A stretch of 64,000 bases of DNA, from assembly GCA_011109175.1 (NCBI GenBank), contig RDEW01000031.1, forward strand, positions 157,313-221,312, in the 5' to 3' direction. Each line of letters begins with the position of its first letter. Within the stretch, counting starts at the first letter, position 1. The notes beneath the pieces are model-generated. The model did no database searches, was not told the origin of the DNA, and was given only the letters and a program-made list of their open reading frames with translations. Positions 13,391 to 25,105 of this stretch are shown in pieces. Source of the stretch: Dicyema japonicum (lineage: Eukaryota; Animalia; Dicyemida). A program made the translations under genes and the position numbers.

Positions 13391-13623
13391 GCATGTATAA
13401 GATGATAGTTAATATGATTCTATGTATGTTGCTAATAATAATTTTTTTGAAATTTGTTCAATGATTTTTGCGTCACAATTCTTCTACGCATTAACTTTAT
13501 GTCCAATTTAACATTTTTTATGATTGTTTGATTATGCATAATAACAAAATTCTGAAATTAATAGAAATTTAATTAACCAAAAATTGATAATTCATATAAA
13601 AATACTAAAAATTTCAATCTTAA

Positions 13624-14639
13624 ATGGTGACAGGTATCGATGTAAAAATTATTTAGAATTTCGAAAGCTAACACTAGAACTTGCGGCATTTGCAGAAAAA
13701 CTCGCTCTTTTGGCGGGAAAAGTATATTCTTAATTAATTAGCAGATGATGATAGATGAATTAAAACTGGGCTTAAAAGTCGATGAAAAATCTTCTTGTCA
13801 TGATCTTGTTACAAATTCAGATATTGCGATTGAAAATAAACTCAAAGAAATTATATTAAAACGTTACAAAAATCATATGTATTTGATTTTATTTTTTTCA
13901 GAGTAATTGGGGAAGAAATGTGTCATTTTCTCGGATACCGTGGACTTAGTGATGATGTAACGTGGATTATTGATCCAATCGACGGAACACGGAATTATGT
14001 TCACGGATATCAAAGTTTTTGCATTTCTATTGCTGTCACTTGCTTTAAAAACGTAGATGTAAATATCAGTTTAGCTGACGATAGGAGTAGTCTATAATCC
14101 TATGAAAAAAGACATGTACACAGCAATCTCTGGATGTGGAGCACGTAAAAATGGAAAACCAATATCATGCTCAAACATTAAAAGTTTTTTGAATTAAATT
14201 ACATTCTTTTAAATTTAGAACTTGAAAGTGCTCTCATAATAGTTGAACGTGGTAGGTTACGCTCTGAAAAAATTATCTTAAAAACTATTGAGAATAATAA
14301 TCGAATCATGACTAAAGCAGGAGCGTAGAAACAAAATATAAAATTATTTTTAGTGTTAGAATGAATGGGAGTGCTGCTTTGAATCTTTGTTATGTGGCTG
14401 AAGGTAGTGCAGATGGATATTTTGAATTTGGAATTTATATTTGGGATTATGCTGCAGGTGTTTTAATAGCAAAAGAAGCTGGCGCATGTGTAATAAATCC
14501 GCACGGTAGTTAGTTGAAAAATTTAATTACAGGTGGTGCTGTGGATCTTTTTAATCGCTGTGTTTTATGCGCTTCAACAGAAATACTAGCTTCGGATATA
14601 AACGGCCTAATTGAAGAAATTCACTTTGATCGAGACTAA
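13624..14639 (+). CDS. IMPA1: Inositol monophosphatase
   Basis: DLVTNSD, VIGEE, WIIDPIDGTRNYVHG, GSAALNLCYVAEG, WDYAAGVLIAKEAG. Seven introns of 23, 23, 23, 22, 35, 29 and 27 nt. Confidence 0.96.
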
Positions 14640-14909
14640 GAATTTGGAAGTTTAAATTCAGTTCTTTTGATTATTTTAGCATTTAAGTTTAAATTAAAAT
14701 GAATATTAATCATTTCTTTCTTAATAGTGCTAAATATAAAAAAAATTTGATATTTTCCGAAAAATTCATTTTATATGGAGGTCAAAAAACATGAATTGGG
14801 AATAAAGTTACTTCTGGGAAATGGCAGCTAATTGGACATATCCTAAGAGCTTCTGAAATGGCACCGGCCAATCAGGCCATGGAATCATACTTTTATGTAT
14901 TAAACTAAA

Positions 14910-15090
14910 CAACGTATCGAGGTCGACAATGAACAACGTTGCCGTCGAGGCTCGACAAAGAACTCACTTGCATAGGAAGAAAACTGATAACAGGAGAGGA
15001 TCTGGATGATCTGAGGGCGGATGCGAGAAACAGAGGAGGATGGAACGACTCACAGCGTGTATCAAGAGATGTATGGCGAAAGTGGAATCT
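14910..15090 (+). mobile_element. RTE-like LINE 3' end
   Basis: RGRQ*TTLPSRLDKEL...DLDDLRADARNRGGW, the same family as 25720 and 56700. Confidence 0.65.
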
Positions 15091-15254
15091 CAAATTAGTC
15101 AACTTTTCTGGTTCCGCAGACAATGCTAATAATAATAATTATAATATGGATGTCAAAAGATTTCCTCTTTGCTCTTTTCCTTTTCAATTCCTAGAGGCGT
15201 CACTGGATTTACATAACTCAGTATACATTTAATTTCTGGCCAACATTTAAAGAG

Positions 15255-15350
15255 GGTCCTTCTATCCTCTACTCCTGTGGATGGGTTCCCATAATGGTGG
15301 ATACTGGGAAAGGACGAGATACTTGGAAAGGATATATACTACTCCAACCA
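15255..15350 (+). repeat. Dispersed repeat family 4
   Basis: ACTCCTGTGGATGGGTTCCCATAATGGTGGATAC, with related copies at 26480(+) and 46420-46560(-). Confidence 0.55.
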
Positions 15351-15429
15351 AAAAACTAGGTTATTTAAAAAAATATATACATTGGGATCGCATCAATTTA
15401 AAAAAATTAATTAAATTAGATGAAGTGGC

Positions 15430-15600
15430 TGGAGAAACTACTGGGTATTTCATACGTCGTGGCTCTTAAATGTAACCAGACGGCCCAGCTTCTTGAAGAA
15501 TCGAAGCGATTTTCCGCTTATTTCTCCAGTTGTCTCAACTAGGACGTCCCAGAACGTGAATCGGTCTAACGGCACTTGCTTTTTTACTTGGCCTTTACAG
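15430..15600 (-). mobile_element. CRE-like RLE fragment
   Basis: VLVETTGEISGKSLRFFKKLGRL. The DNA matches ~50570-50640. Confidence 0.65.
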
Positions 15601-15664
15601 ATAAAATTATATCCTCAATTAAATTAAAAGTATTATTTTAATACACATTAATGACTTTTAGAAC

Positions 15665-16020
15665 TCCAGCTGTTCTGATGACATCGGATCTGATGTCGTG
15701 GGTTCGAATTCGAATGATGGAGTTTCTGCGGAGATCAATTCTTGTCAAACAGTTCCCATACGTGAAGCGACGAGTCCTTCTTCACGATACAGTTGTTGAA
15801 ATGGATTTTCCTACCTTTCTCCTGGCCAAATCAACTGTGAAGATATTCCATTATGAAAACTCTTCCGCTAAAAAATGAAGTGATGTCTTGGCCCGTAGGA
15901 AGTGCGACAAAAATGGATGGGGCGGGCCTACTACATCACCTCTCTTCGGAAGCGTAAGAGTGTAATGGACTATAGCAGGATATAATTGTTTGCACAAACA
16001 GACCCTCTCCCTTTGGTTCC
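15665..16020 (+). mobile_element. SINE family 2
   Basis: B-box GGGTTCGAATTC. The body CACCTCTCTTC is shared with 22895-23230. Confidence 0.7.
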
Positions 16021-16457
16021 TTCCTTGTATTAATTCATTGTGACTATTTGTGCTGGATATGTTTACCAAATAATGTAAGCCTGGGGTTAATAAATAAAAA
16101 TATAAAAAATTAGAACTACAAAAAATAAATTAATCAAATTTTGTCGATACTATATTGAAGGTTTTCCCTTTCCTTTTTCAGGGATCGATAAATTATACTC
16201 AATCCAACTATATACTCTGCTTCAAAAGTCACTTTGTCAGAGTCAGATGAATCAACATAAAACAATACCTTTAGTTTTCTGAATAGGGAAACCTATCTGA
16301 AAACAAGATCATCCAATCAGAACAATCCAGTTCAGCACCTGACCTATTATTATTTTATTATTAGACGTGACCTTTTATTATTTTTGATAATACACCTGAT
16401 TACAAGAACCGTTAGTAAATTTAAGTCTTACAAGTTAGTAAAACGTTGTGAATCTAA

Positions 16458-16531
16458 GCCCTGGTAGCTTAGTTGGTTAGAGCGTCGTGCTTATATCGCG
16501 AAGGTCGTGGGTTCGAGTCCCACTCGGGGTA
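16458..16531 (+). tRNA. trnI-UAU: tRNA-Ile(TAT), intronless
   Basis: Cloverleaf: acceptor GCCCTGG/TCGGGGT, D-arm GCTT/GAGC, anticodon arm TCGTG-CT TAT AT-CGCGA, T-arm GTGGG-TTCGAGT-CCCAC. T5 terminator at 16533. Confidence 0.88.
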
Positions 16532-16599
16532 CTTTTTGTTGATTTTCTAAAGGTCACATGTATGTCTTGTAACTAGAGTCTAGTTTTTTGATTAGTTTA

Positions 16600-17260
16600 A
16601 TCTAAGCTAGACTCCTCCATTGGCTGCATGCCATTGTCGCTACGCCATCCGGCCTCTTTCTATCACCTCGTCAAGTCTGAAGTGTTCCAGAAATCATGTA
16701 AACTCTCATGACGGTCGACTTTAGCATGCTTGACGAGGGAAAGTATTGAACCAGCACCTCAAATTTACAACGGACACCGCCTTTAGACATGTACATCAAT
16801 GAGTATCTGCTGAACTTCCAAGTTCTTTAAACTCCTTTTTACATAGGATTTAGTCCCAATTTTTTTGGGAGATAAAGTTCTATGAACATCTATCCCTCTT
16901 GTTGTCCACTGTTGCATAACCGTGTTAACTATAGGATCCGGACTCAATCCGAGTCAGGAACATAGCAGGGAATGGCCAAATCGGCATAAGTTTCAACTAT
17001 CTTCGCACCAGAGAACAAAAACTCTAGGCAGTTTTGGACGATGAGACCTCGTCCGGCGGAAAGCCAAGATTTATAATTTCTTTCCTTCGCATATTTGCTT
17101 GCAGACCGAGGTCTGACAAAGTGGGAATAGCGATTTTCAGAACGTTCATAATTGAGGTGTCTCCCTCAATCGTTCATCTATATATTTAATGTGGCTGAGA
17201 TCTTCTGAATAACGTGATCAATAGTAAGGGAGAAGAAGCATAGGAGGGTCACCTTCTGCA
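16600..17260 (-). mobile_element. CRE-like RLE fragment
   Basis: The minus strand contains DRKRPDGVA near 16650, with decayed upstream coding sequence. Confidence 0.55.
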
Positions 17261-17619
17261 CATCTGTAAAAGAGTCAACAAGTGTCTAAATCGGAAATCA
17301 TAATGGATTTGTTATTACTTCTGATCTAAGAACTAGTGGAAGAGGAAGGATTAACGTTGTGAATTGGAGCGAAAAGAAAGAGTCTGCTTCAGTCTTCAGG
17401 ATGGTCAGAAGAAATGGAAGAATCTATAAGACATGAAAGAGTTTCTTCTGCCAGGATCACACTTTATGAATGCGGATGGGGATTCTCACCTTTTTTCTCA
17501 GAACAGAGTTGGGAGAGTATTCCTATTAACTATCACTGTCAGGGATAAAGAAGGCAGTTTTGTGGTGGTCGAAAAAAAAATAAGATAAAATAACTTTTAA
17601 AATGGTCTTGAGCATCAAA

Positions 17620-18170
17620 AAAGTTGTTTCTCCTAAAAATAACTTGTCCATTCAAAGAATTTTATATTTTCAGGACGGCTCCTTATTTTTCTCTCGAACC
17701 AACTCTTATATTGACTCTCCTTTTCATGATGCGGCAGAGCAAATTTGTAACGTTCTTTTCGACGACACCACTTGGAAACAGGACACACCTCCTGTCAGAT
17801 TCTATTTACTTTGATGTTTCTCTGCCTGCACATTTTTTCTTTCTTGTGGCCTCAGCCCTAGTCAGGAAGGTTTTATATTCTTCCCTGGAGCTGACCAATA
17901 AAACTGGCTATACATGTTATAGTTAGTTAGTATCCACGACTTCGCTACTTTGTAGGAGGCCGATCAACCTGGACGCTTCCACAAGTTTTAAATGTTCATC
18001 GGAGGTCCTTGGTAAGAGAAAGCTTCTCACATTATCATGGATAGTTGGTCCGATGATGAGAGCACCACTCATCTCTAAGGAGGAAGTGCCCAGAACATAG
18101 TTTTGCTAGGGTTTTCCATTTCTCTATCGAAGGTAGTCTCCGAATAGTCACCAATGGGGAAAGCAATCCA
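17620..18170 (-). mobile_element. CRE-like RLE fragment
   Basis: Degenerate GKRP-G and FLTRAEATRKKK...VLFPSGVVE segments typical of the family tail. Confidence 0.4.
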
Positions 18171-18199
18171 ATATTTATCCAAATCTTAATCTTTACCCA

Positions 18200-20460
18200 A
18201 ACAAGAAAATATAATCAATAATAAACTAAATGTCAATCTATCCGAAAGTCCATTTATAGGACTAACTCTTTTCACTCATTAAACTCAGAGATCTTGTCCG
18301 CCAAACTATCAAGAATGACATCTAAGAGTAGCTCGAGTTTCAGTTCACTTAGCGTCTTAATATCCAATGGAATACACACAATGTTTATGTCCTAAATATT
18401 CTATAATTGCAACCAAATGAGCTTTCTGTGAAAATTTGCCCTGAGAATTGCCCACACCTGCTATATGCCACACTTCTGTTATATAAACTAAAATAAGCTT
18501 CAAAACCATTTTCTTACTTATAAAAAACATGGATCTTAAACCTCTTTAAAAGTATCACGAGGAAGATATAATCTTTGTTACTTGCTGTTTTAAGATGTAC
18601 TCGGAGTTTTCTAATTTTGAACGAATTGTGAATCAACCATTTCATACTCGTATGGCTCCATATCAATAAGTCCTACAAAATACTAGAGTGCTTATTTATC
18701 TAATGCCTTGAAGAGATTCAGTGAATTTATTATTGAATTTAGTTTTGTGGACACCAAACTCTCAATTCATCTGTTAACTTCTTTGATAATAAAGTCGATT
18801 TTTCCAGATTCTTTTTAAGACCAACAACTTTGAAATATAAATTCATATCTTCCTTCTTTTTTTACAATAACATCTTCGTTATTCGAGACAAATTTCAGAT
18901 CGTTGATAAAAAAGAGGTGATTAGTCCAAAATGATGATACTGATTGATCCTCATTCAGAATTGAAACTTTCGGGTATTTTCGGAGAGGAATCTTCATAGT
19001 GGGAACTAGCACAAAAAGCGTTGGGGAAAGACTGTCTTCTGCAGAATACCTGTTTCAGTAAAAATATAACAAATATCTCCATTATTTAATTTAAGTCTTA
19101 CTTTCCACCGTGAGATAAGAGATCAGGAATTCTTGATTTTCCAGGATCTCCATTATAAAATTATGATCCAGAGTCAAATGTTTTTTGGCATCAACCCATG
19201 CCCAAACAGTCTATTCTTATTTATTTGATTGACTCATTTGTTAATGATAGGTTGTTCCTGCACATTTTCCTTGTACCCATCTGATTTTCGGAGATGAGAC
19301 TAAAAGCCTCCACATACTCCCAAAGTTTTTTGATTAGTAAATTTTGTTATAAGCTTATAAAGTGACGACATGCATATTATAGGTGAACACATGCTTTCAC
19401 ATTTATGAATCAGATAAGTAACCTCGGTATAGAACAAGACAGCAGAAATATTTTTACTCGAGTCATCCTTCTCTCAATGATAAATCATGTTCATTCATGG
19501 TTTTCTTATTCCAAACATATTTTCAGAATAATTTACATTCATTCGATCAATTGCGGGAATTGAGATCAGCTAATTGTTTGACGTTATTTCTGTCTTTTCT
19601 ATCCAGGTGATCTCGGGATTCTAAATAAATAATTTTACTCGTCATTATTTACTGCTGATTTAAGACTTCCGTAAAAAGTTCTTCGGTTCAGTTCAAAGTT
19701 ATGGTCATCCATTCGGACTCTCTTCTTGACTCACTTTCTTTTCAAGAATCTCAATTTTTTTACTCTATAATTGATATTATTCTCGCTCTCTCCTCAGAGT
19801 TTTTATTTGTAGAACCAAACAATGATAGCCCAGGAGGCGCTGCTGGCTTTTCCTCATAAAATTTCTAGTAACATTCATATGAGACTTCTACTCTTTAATT
19901 TTATTAACAATGCCCTCTTTCTATTTGGAGGACCCGTACCTCTTCAATGCATCTATAAAAAAAAACTTGTTTAGCATAGATTATCAAGGAAGTCTTCATC
20001 GAAGCACGTAGATTATCCTTTATGAGTTCCATAGTAACCCGATTAATGTTATTTAGGATTATGACACTTTGGAGAAAGGAATTTTTTCGTGAGTGGCAAT
20101 AAATATCTGTTCCCAGGATTATGACACAGTGTTCAATAAATTTTGAAGATTTCTATTCTAAACCTAGTGAATAATCTTGCTTTTGGGGTGAATGACATAA
20201 GTTACAACTTGGTTGTTGTGTGAAATAATTCTTTTCTGTGAATTCTCCAAGTGATGCTTCTGTCAACTATTTCCTTTTATGTTTATAAAATAGCTTTCTG
20301 GATTCATAAAAAGTAATTTCCTCTCAAAATTTGACTTGAAACAATCAAAATAATCACTCAACCTCATTAGTAAAACGAGTAAAGGTCTTTCGATTGGCTT
20401 CGAGTAAATCGATTGCCCGCATATTTTTATAAGTGATAGTACAACTGGTAAATTATTCTC
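18200..20460 (-). mobile_element. R4/NeSL-like reverse transcriptase remnant
   Basis: PIICMSSLYKLITK (~19350), WVDAKKTFDS-DHNFIMEIL (~19190) and NHLFFINDLKFVSNNE (~18900), which resembles HLLYMDDLKL. Confidence 0.75.
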
Positions 20461-20552
20461 ATTAGAATGAGTCTATGGCTATAAAACAAATCAAGCTAAC
20501 AATAATTAGACATAAAATCAAATATAGTTTATCGTAGAATTTACGATGGAAA

Positions 20553-20626
20553 GCCCTGGTAGCTCAGTTGGTTAGAGCATCGTGCTAATAACGCGAAGGT
20601 CGCGGGTTCGAACCCCACTCGGGGCA
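20553..20626 (+). tRNA. trnI-AAU: tRNA-Ile(AAT)
   Basis: Cloverleaf with anticodon arm TCGTG-CT AAT AA-CGCGA and one C:A mismatch in the T-stem. Followed by a T7 terminator. Confidence 0.93.
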
Positions 20627-20633
20627 TTTTTTT
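20627..20633 (+). terminator. Pol III oligo(dT) terminator
   Basis: TTTTTTT directly after the tRNA discriminator base. Confidence 0.8.
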
Positions 20634-20759
20634 GTTTATGTTAGGGTAATATATATGCCTTGTTTTTTTAAGATCGGCTATATGAAAAGGTCAATAAGGA
20701 TCAAGAGATTGTATCACTTCGGAAGCTTATCTAAATGAGATACCCTTGTTATTCAAACG

Positions 20760-20895
20760 CCTAGATTGTTATTAACTTTCATCTTTATTGTCGGGAGCGC
20801 GCACGTGAGACTCAGTGGCTTCTTCAGTTGATCTTAGTTACAAGCATGAGAGGCAACGAAAGTCGATTATGTCGGCTGGGATTATCCTTGATTAA
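20760..20895 (+). mobile_element. CRE-like RLE 3' fragment
   Basis: TTGTCGGGAGCGCG is shared with ~50485, followed by a ...MRGN tail. Confidence 0.5.
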
Positions 20896-20904
20896 TTTTT
20901 GTTT

Positions 20905-21245
20905 TCAATAAAAATATATTTTAACAATAAAATATTATTTATTAACAATAACGGGGAAGAGCGGTTGCTGACATTACGGAGTAAGCATTTCCGCCGCGGT
21001 CAATTCGTTGCCTCAGCCAGACCGCTTCCTGCACGAATTTCTTACAATGGGCCAACTTCCCCCGATTTCCTTCAGGAACGAGGCTGTGACACTTCCCGCA
21101 GCACTAGAAGTTTCGATTGCTACCGGTAAGAAACGAAAGCGATCTTCAATTCCATCATAATTTTTTAATCTTGATTTTCTCTGCAAGATCGGTTTCCAAT
21201 CTAGCAGACTGCGCCGAAGTGAGCTTCATAGAGTTCAACAATTAA
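20905..21245 (-). mobile_element. CRE-like RLE 3' end, same subfamily as 49172-50100
   Basis: The reverse complement matches AAAATCAAGATTAAAAA...GGAAGCGGTCTGGCTGAGGCAA...TTACTCCGT.ATGTCAGCA...GTTAATAAATAATATTT. Confidence 0.85.
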
Positions 21246-21444
21246 GCTAAAATTATTTATTTTCGAATATAGTTTAAAATTATATCCATAAAACAAAGTG
21301 AAAAAAGAGTTAACATTAAATGAATAAGGAAGCCGAATAGCATAGCTATTCTATTTCAAAATTTAAAATAAAAATCTATAAAATAGCCATCTGCGCTCAC
21401 GAACAACAATTGTTCTGAAAGAAAATAAATAAAAAGGTTGCTAA

Positions 21445-21910
21445 CATCTAAGACTGGTTAATGCAATCGTGTTCCCGGTTTTTCTATACGGCGCAGAATC
21501 ATGGATATTGAAAAAGGCGGATAGACAAAAAAATGATGCTTTTGAGCTGTGGTGCTGGAGGAGGTTACTAAGAATCCCTTGGACTTCCAAAATAACAAAC
21601 ATCGATGTACTCAAACGGGTAGAGACGGACATTTCGCTAGAAGGAAAAATCTTAAAACACAGTTGGGCGTTCTTTAGGCATGTTGTCCGCTCTGATTCAC
21701 TGGAAAGAACCATTATGCTGAGCAATATTACTGGGAAGAGAAGACCTGGCCGACCGAAAACTCGGTGGCTATTCCACAGTGGAAGACGTCACGGGAATGC
21801 CTATATCAAGGCTACTCCAAATTGCAACGGATCGGGGAGAGTGGAGGAAACTCGTTCATGAGATCTCCAAGAGTCGACACGACTTAATTGGACAACATAA
21901 CATAACATCT
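21445..21910 (+). mobile_element. RTE (BovB-like) LINE 3' end with (ACATA)n tail
   Basis: VFLYGAESWILKKADRQKNDAFELWCWRRLLRIPWT...GKRRPGRPKTRWL. Ends in GAGTCGACACGACT...ACATAACATAACAT. Confidence 0.9.
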
Positions 21911-22219
21911 AATTATGTTTTTGCTGCATATACGTGCTATATGTGATATGTTTCTCGTGATTCTTGAAAACGCATGACCCGAGATAAGGTTTGAATATTT
22001 CTATTTTTTCGTATTATCAAGGACGAAAAAGAATTGTTGTTTTAACAAAAACCTTAGTCATTATTGCGCGTTAACCGAATTTCAACTCTGAATTACGACA
22101 ACATAACAATACTGTTGTTTATAAGGCATAAAAAAATCCAAAAGAAATTTATTAAAGAAAACAAGGGTAAATAGCAGATCGAAATTAACGTTAATCATTC
22201 CTATAAAATAAAATCAATC

Positions 22220-22786
22220 TCAAACAGGAACGTAGTATTCCCCTTCATTCAACAGTTTGGTGACCTCCTTGGGGGATTTGTTATCCACAGTGCAACCGAT
22301 AGACAGACACGTACCTAAAAATATCAAAAAGAAAATACCAAGAATCTCTTTTGCAACTCCTTTAAGACTGTTGGAAAGACTTGCAGGTTGCATAGTTTTA
22401 GCAATATTAATGACGTCATCAAAAGTTATATTTCCGTTATGTTTAATATTCTTCACCTTCTTTCTGTCCCTTGGAGTCTCTTTTAAAGCCTAAATTAGGT
22501 TTAAAGAAAAGTAGACTTTCATTATGAGAGCAGATGAAGATGGAATAATCTCTGCCTTATACTGACGGTTTTGAATTCTCAGTTGGACTGTGACTCGTAT
22601 TCCCTTCCATTGAGCAGTAAATTTAGCGATTTCTTCACCGACCTTCTTAGCTGGTAATCCGAGGGGAGCAACTTTAGGAGCAATTTGTGAGCTAGCTCCA
22701 ATTTCACCACCAATAACTCTCAATTTCACTAAAATGAATATTTTGATTTTACCAAAATGAACTGCATTAGGATCGAATTTAGACAT
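22220..22786 (-). CDS. RPL12: 60S ribosomal protein L12 (uL11)
   Basis: [45 protein letters not shown]|[29 protein letters not shown]|[10 protein letters not shown]. Introns of 24, 27 and 24 nt. Confidence 0.97.
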
Positions 22787-22894
22787 GACGCACTATACAC
22801 AAAAACAAAAACGTGATATTATAAATTTTTTAATAATTTAAATTAATCAAATTTAAATTAAAAATTTTGGTTATTTCTTTTCTTACCGTTTTGG

Positions 22895-23230
22895 CCTTCT
22901 GGCTGAAGTAACGTCTGATGACGTCAAATATGGACATCATGAGTTCGAATCCGAAAAATGGAGTTTTCAGCAAATGTCAATTCTCGTCAAAAATATCCAC
23001 TCGTGAGGCACGAGTCACAGTAGTTGAAAGGGATTTTCATACCTTCTCTATGACCAAATCCTCTGGTGGAGATTACAACATGAAGACACTTTTGCAGAAT
23101 GAAGTGATCTCCGCGACAGTATGGCGTGTAATGAAAATGGAAGAAAGTGAACCTACTTCTCCACCTCTCTTCTAAGCAGTAGTTGTAATGTCTTATTGAA
23201 GGATGGATTTTGTCGGCACGTCGAATAACG
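22895..23230 (+). mobile_element. SINE family 2
   Basis: GAGTTCGAATCCGAAAAATGG B-box region plus the family body. Confidence 0.7.
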
Positions 23231-23399
23231 GAGGATCCCTGATCCAACGTGATTAGGAGAAAACATAACCCCAACGAGCTTATGTAGGAAAGAGGGAAAA
23301 CCCAACATCGAGCCAAGCTGACAGTCTAAATGAAATTTGTCGTGATCACTTAGTTTGTTTTTTCGGTTTAACATTGGTTTTGGAATAAAGATTTGATTA

Positions 23400-24720
23400 A
23401 ATTTGATTCATGTGTTGAGATGGACCAACAAGTAAAACCCATGCCGATGTGGAGATGTTGAGCCAAACCCTGGACCAGCTAGGAAAGTTCAACTGAATGT
23501 ATGCGGAGTCAAGAGTAAGCTACTTGAAACTATTTTGAGAAATACCTGATCGACATATTATTACTTCAAGAATCCAAAATTTCCACCAGCAACACCAAGG
23601 TTACTGGATTCATAGTTATTGCCGTAACAGACTTGGGAAGCTTAGTGGAAGCCTCATTACTGTCATTCGTAATGGAATTCTGTACGAGGATATCTAGGAA
23701 CAAATTTCTTGCATTTAGAGAAGTCTTACATAACAACTCAGCCCTTCTATGAATTCCTTCAGTAATTTGTCACTTTGTCTCAGGCATGATAAGGAACTTT
23801 GGAGTTTCAATAAAACCCAGATACTTATATCCTTCGTGCTCCTCTAAGACTCTTACTAACTCGCTACATACTTACTTGTTAGTCTAAGAATTGAATAGCT
23901 CAATTCTAGCCCTATACTCTCAAGGAACAAACCCCCATGGAGTAGAGCATAAATTATCAACTCATCAATAAAAAGAAGGTGGTTTGTACTAAATTAAACA
24001 CCCTCGCAATGAACTGGTATTTGCTCACAACGTTCGTTAATGTGGCAACTCAGTGGCTCAAAACAGATGACAAAGAGCAGTGGAGACATGCTATCACCCT
24101 GAAGGATCCCCCTCTTAAATTTTATCTCGCTTATTTGATTCTCATTATAGGTCAAATGAATACTCGACCTATTCATCACAGCTACTAGAAAGTTGATGAA
24201 TTACACAGCCATACATAGACTATGTAGGCATTCGACAAGGTAAGATGATCAACTGACTTCTTCACATCCACCCAAATAGACAAGTGAGTTTCTATGAGAC
24301 AAAGATAGAGCAAAGCCTGCTCTTTTTCGTTGACAATTTTGCACACTACCCAACTATTTCTCAGAGACAATTCCATTGGCTTCTACAAAGCATCTGACTT
24401 CAGTAGCCATCAATTTGGTCATCAGCTTATACAGGATTGACATGCAGGTTATGGATCGATAATCTGCAGCAGATTGAGAGTTGTCCAGCTTTGGGATCGA
24501 ATAAGTTTCCTAGTGCAGATCCAATCAGGAATAGTTTCCGGCTTAGTAATATTTTTTCTGTATTACATTACACAGACTCGTGCAATGAAGTGCATCTGAT
24601 AATAAAGGAAATATACACTTTATCTACCCCAGCCGTTTTCCAATCAGGGAGACATCTCACTGCCTTTTCAAATTTCCTACGGAAAATTTTAATTCAATAA
24701 TTCTTGTACAATAAATAGTA
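23400..24720 (-). mobile_element. R4/NeSL-like RT remnant
   Basis: DYRSITCMSILYKLMT, WVDVKKSVDHL and FKRGILQGDSMSPLLFVICFEPLS. Confidence 0.85.
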
Positions 24721-24799
24721 ATTATTACCATTGAAATATCAGGACTCAATCCCTAGTGCTTTTTGTTTTCTATTAAATCAATGATTGAAGATGTCAATA

Positions 24800-25020
24800 T
24801 TTTTGTGATCCTATAAACTGAATCTCTCTAGGGCCTTTGACACGGTCCGTCGTGGTCTACTTCTCAGGATACTGGAACAATTTTCGGATCCTGATTCTGT
24901 CATTATGATCTGAGTGTTGCTATTCGTGCAATGTTGGTACTCCCCTGGAGATTCCCTCTCGCCCCTGCTATCTGGAGACGGCATTACGAGACATTCGGAA
25001 GTTCTATGATGGCAACATTG
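24800..25020 (+). mobile_element. Internally deleted RT fragment
   Basis: LSRAFDTVRRGLLLRILE fused to GDSLSPLL. Confidence 0.6.
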
Positions 25021-25105
25021 TGTCAGAAGACAGAAGACAAAATCGGCCCTAAATTTCAATAAACTACCAATTAAATCTGTTACCATAAAATAAAAAAAAT
25101 TAAAA

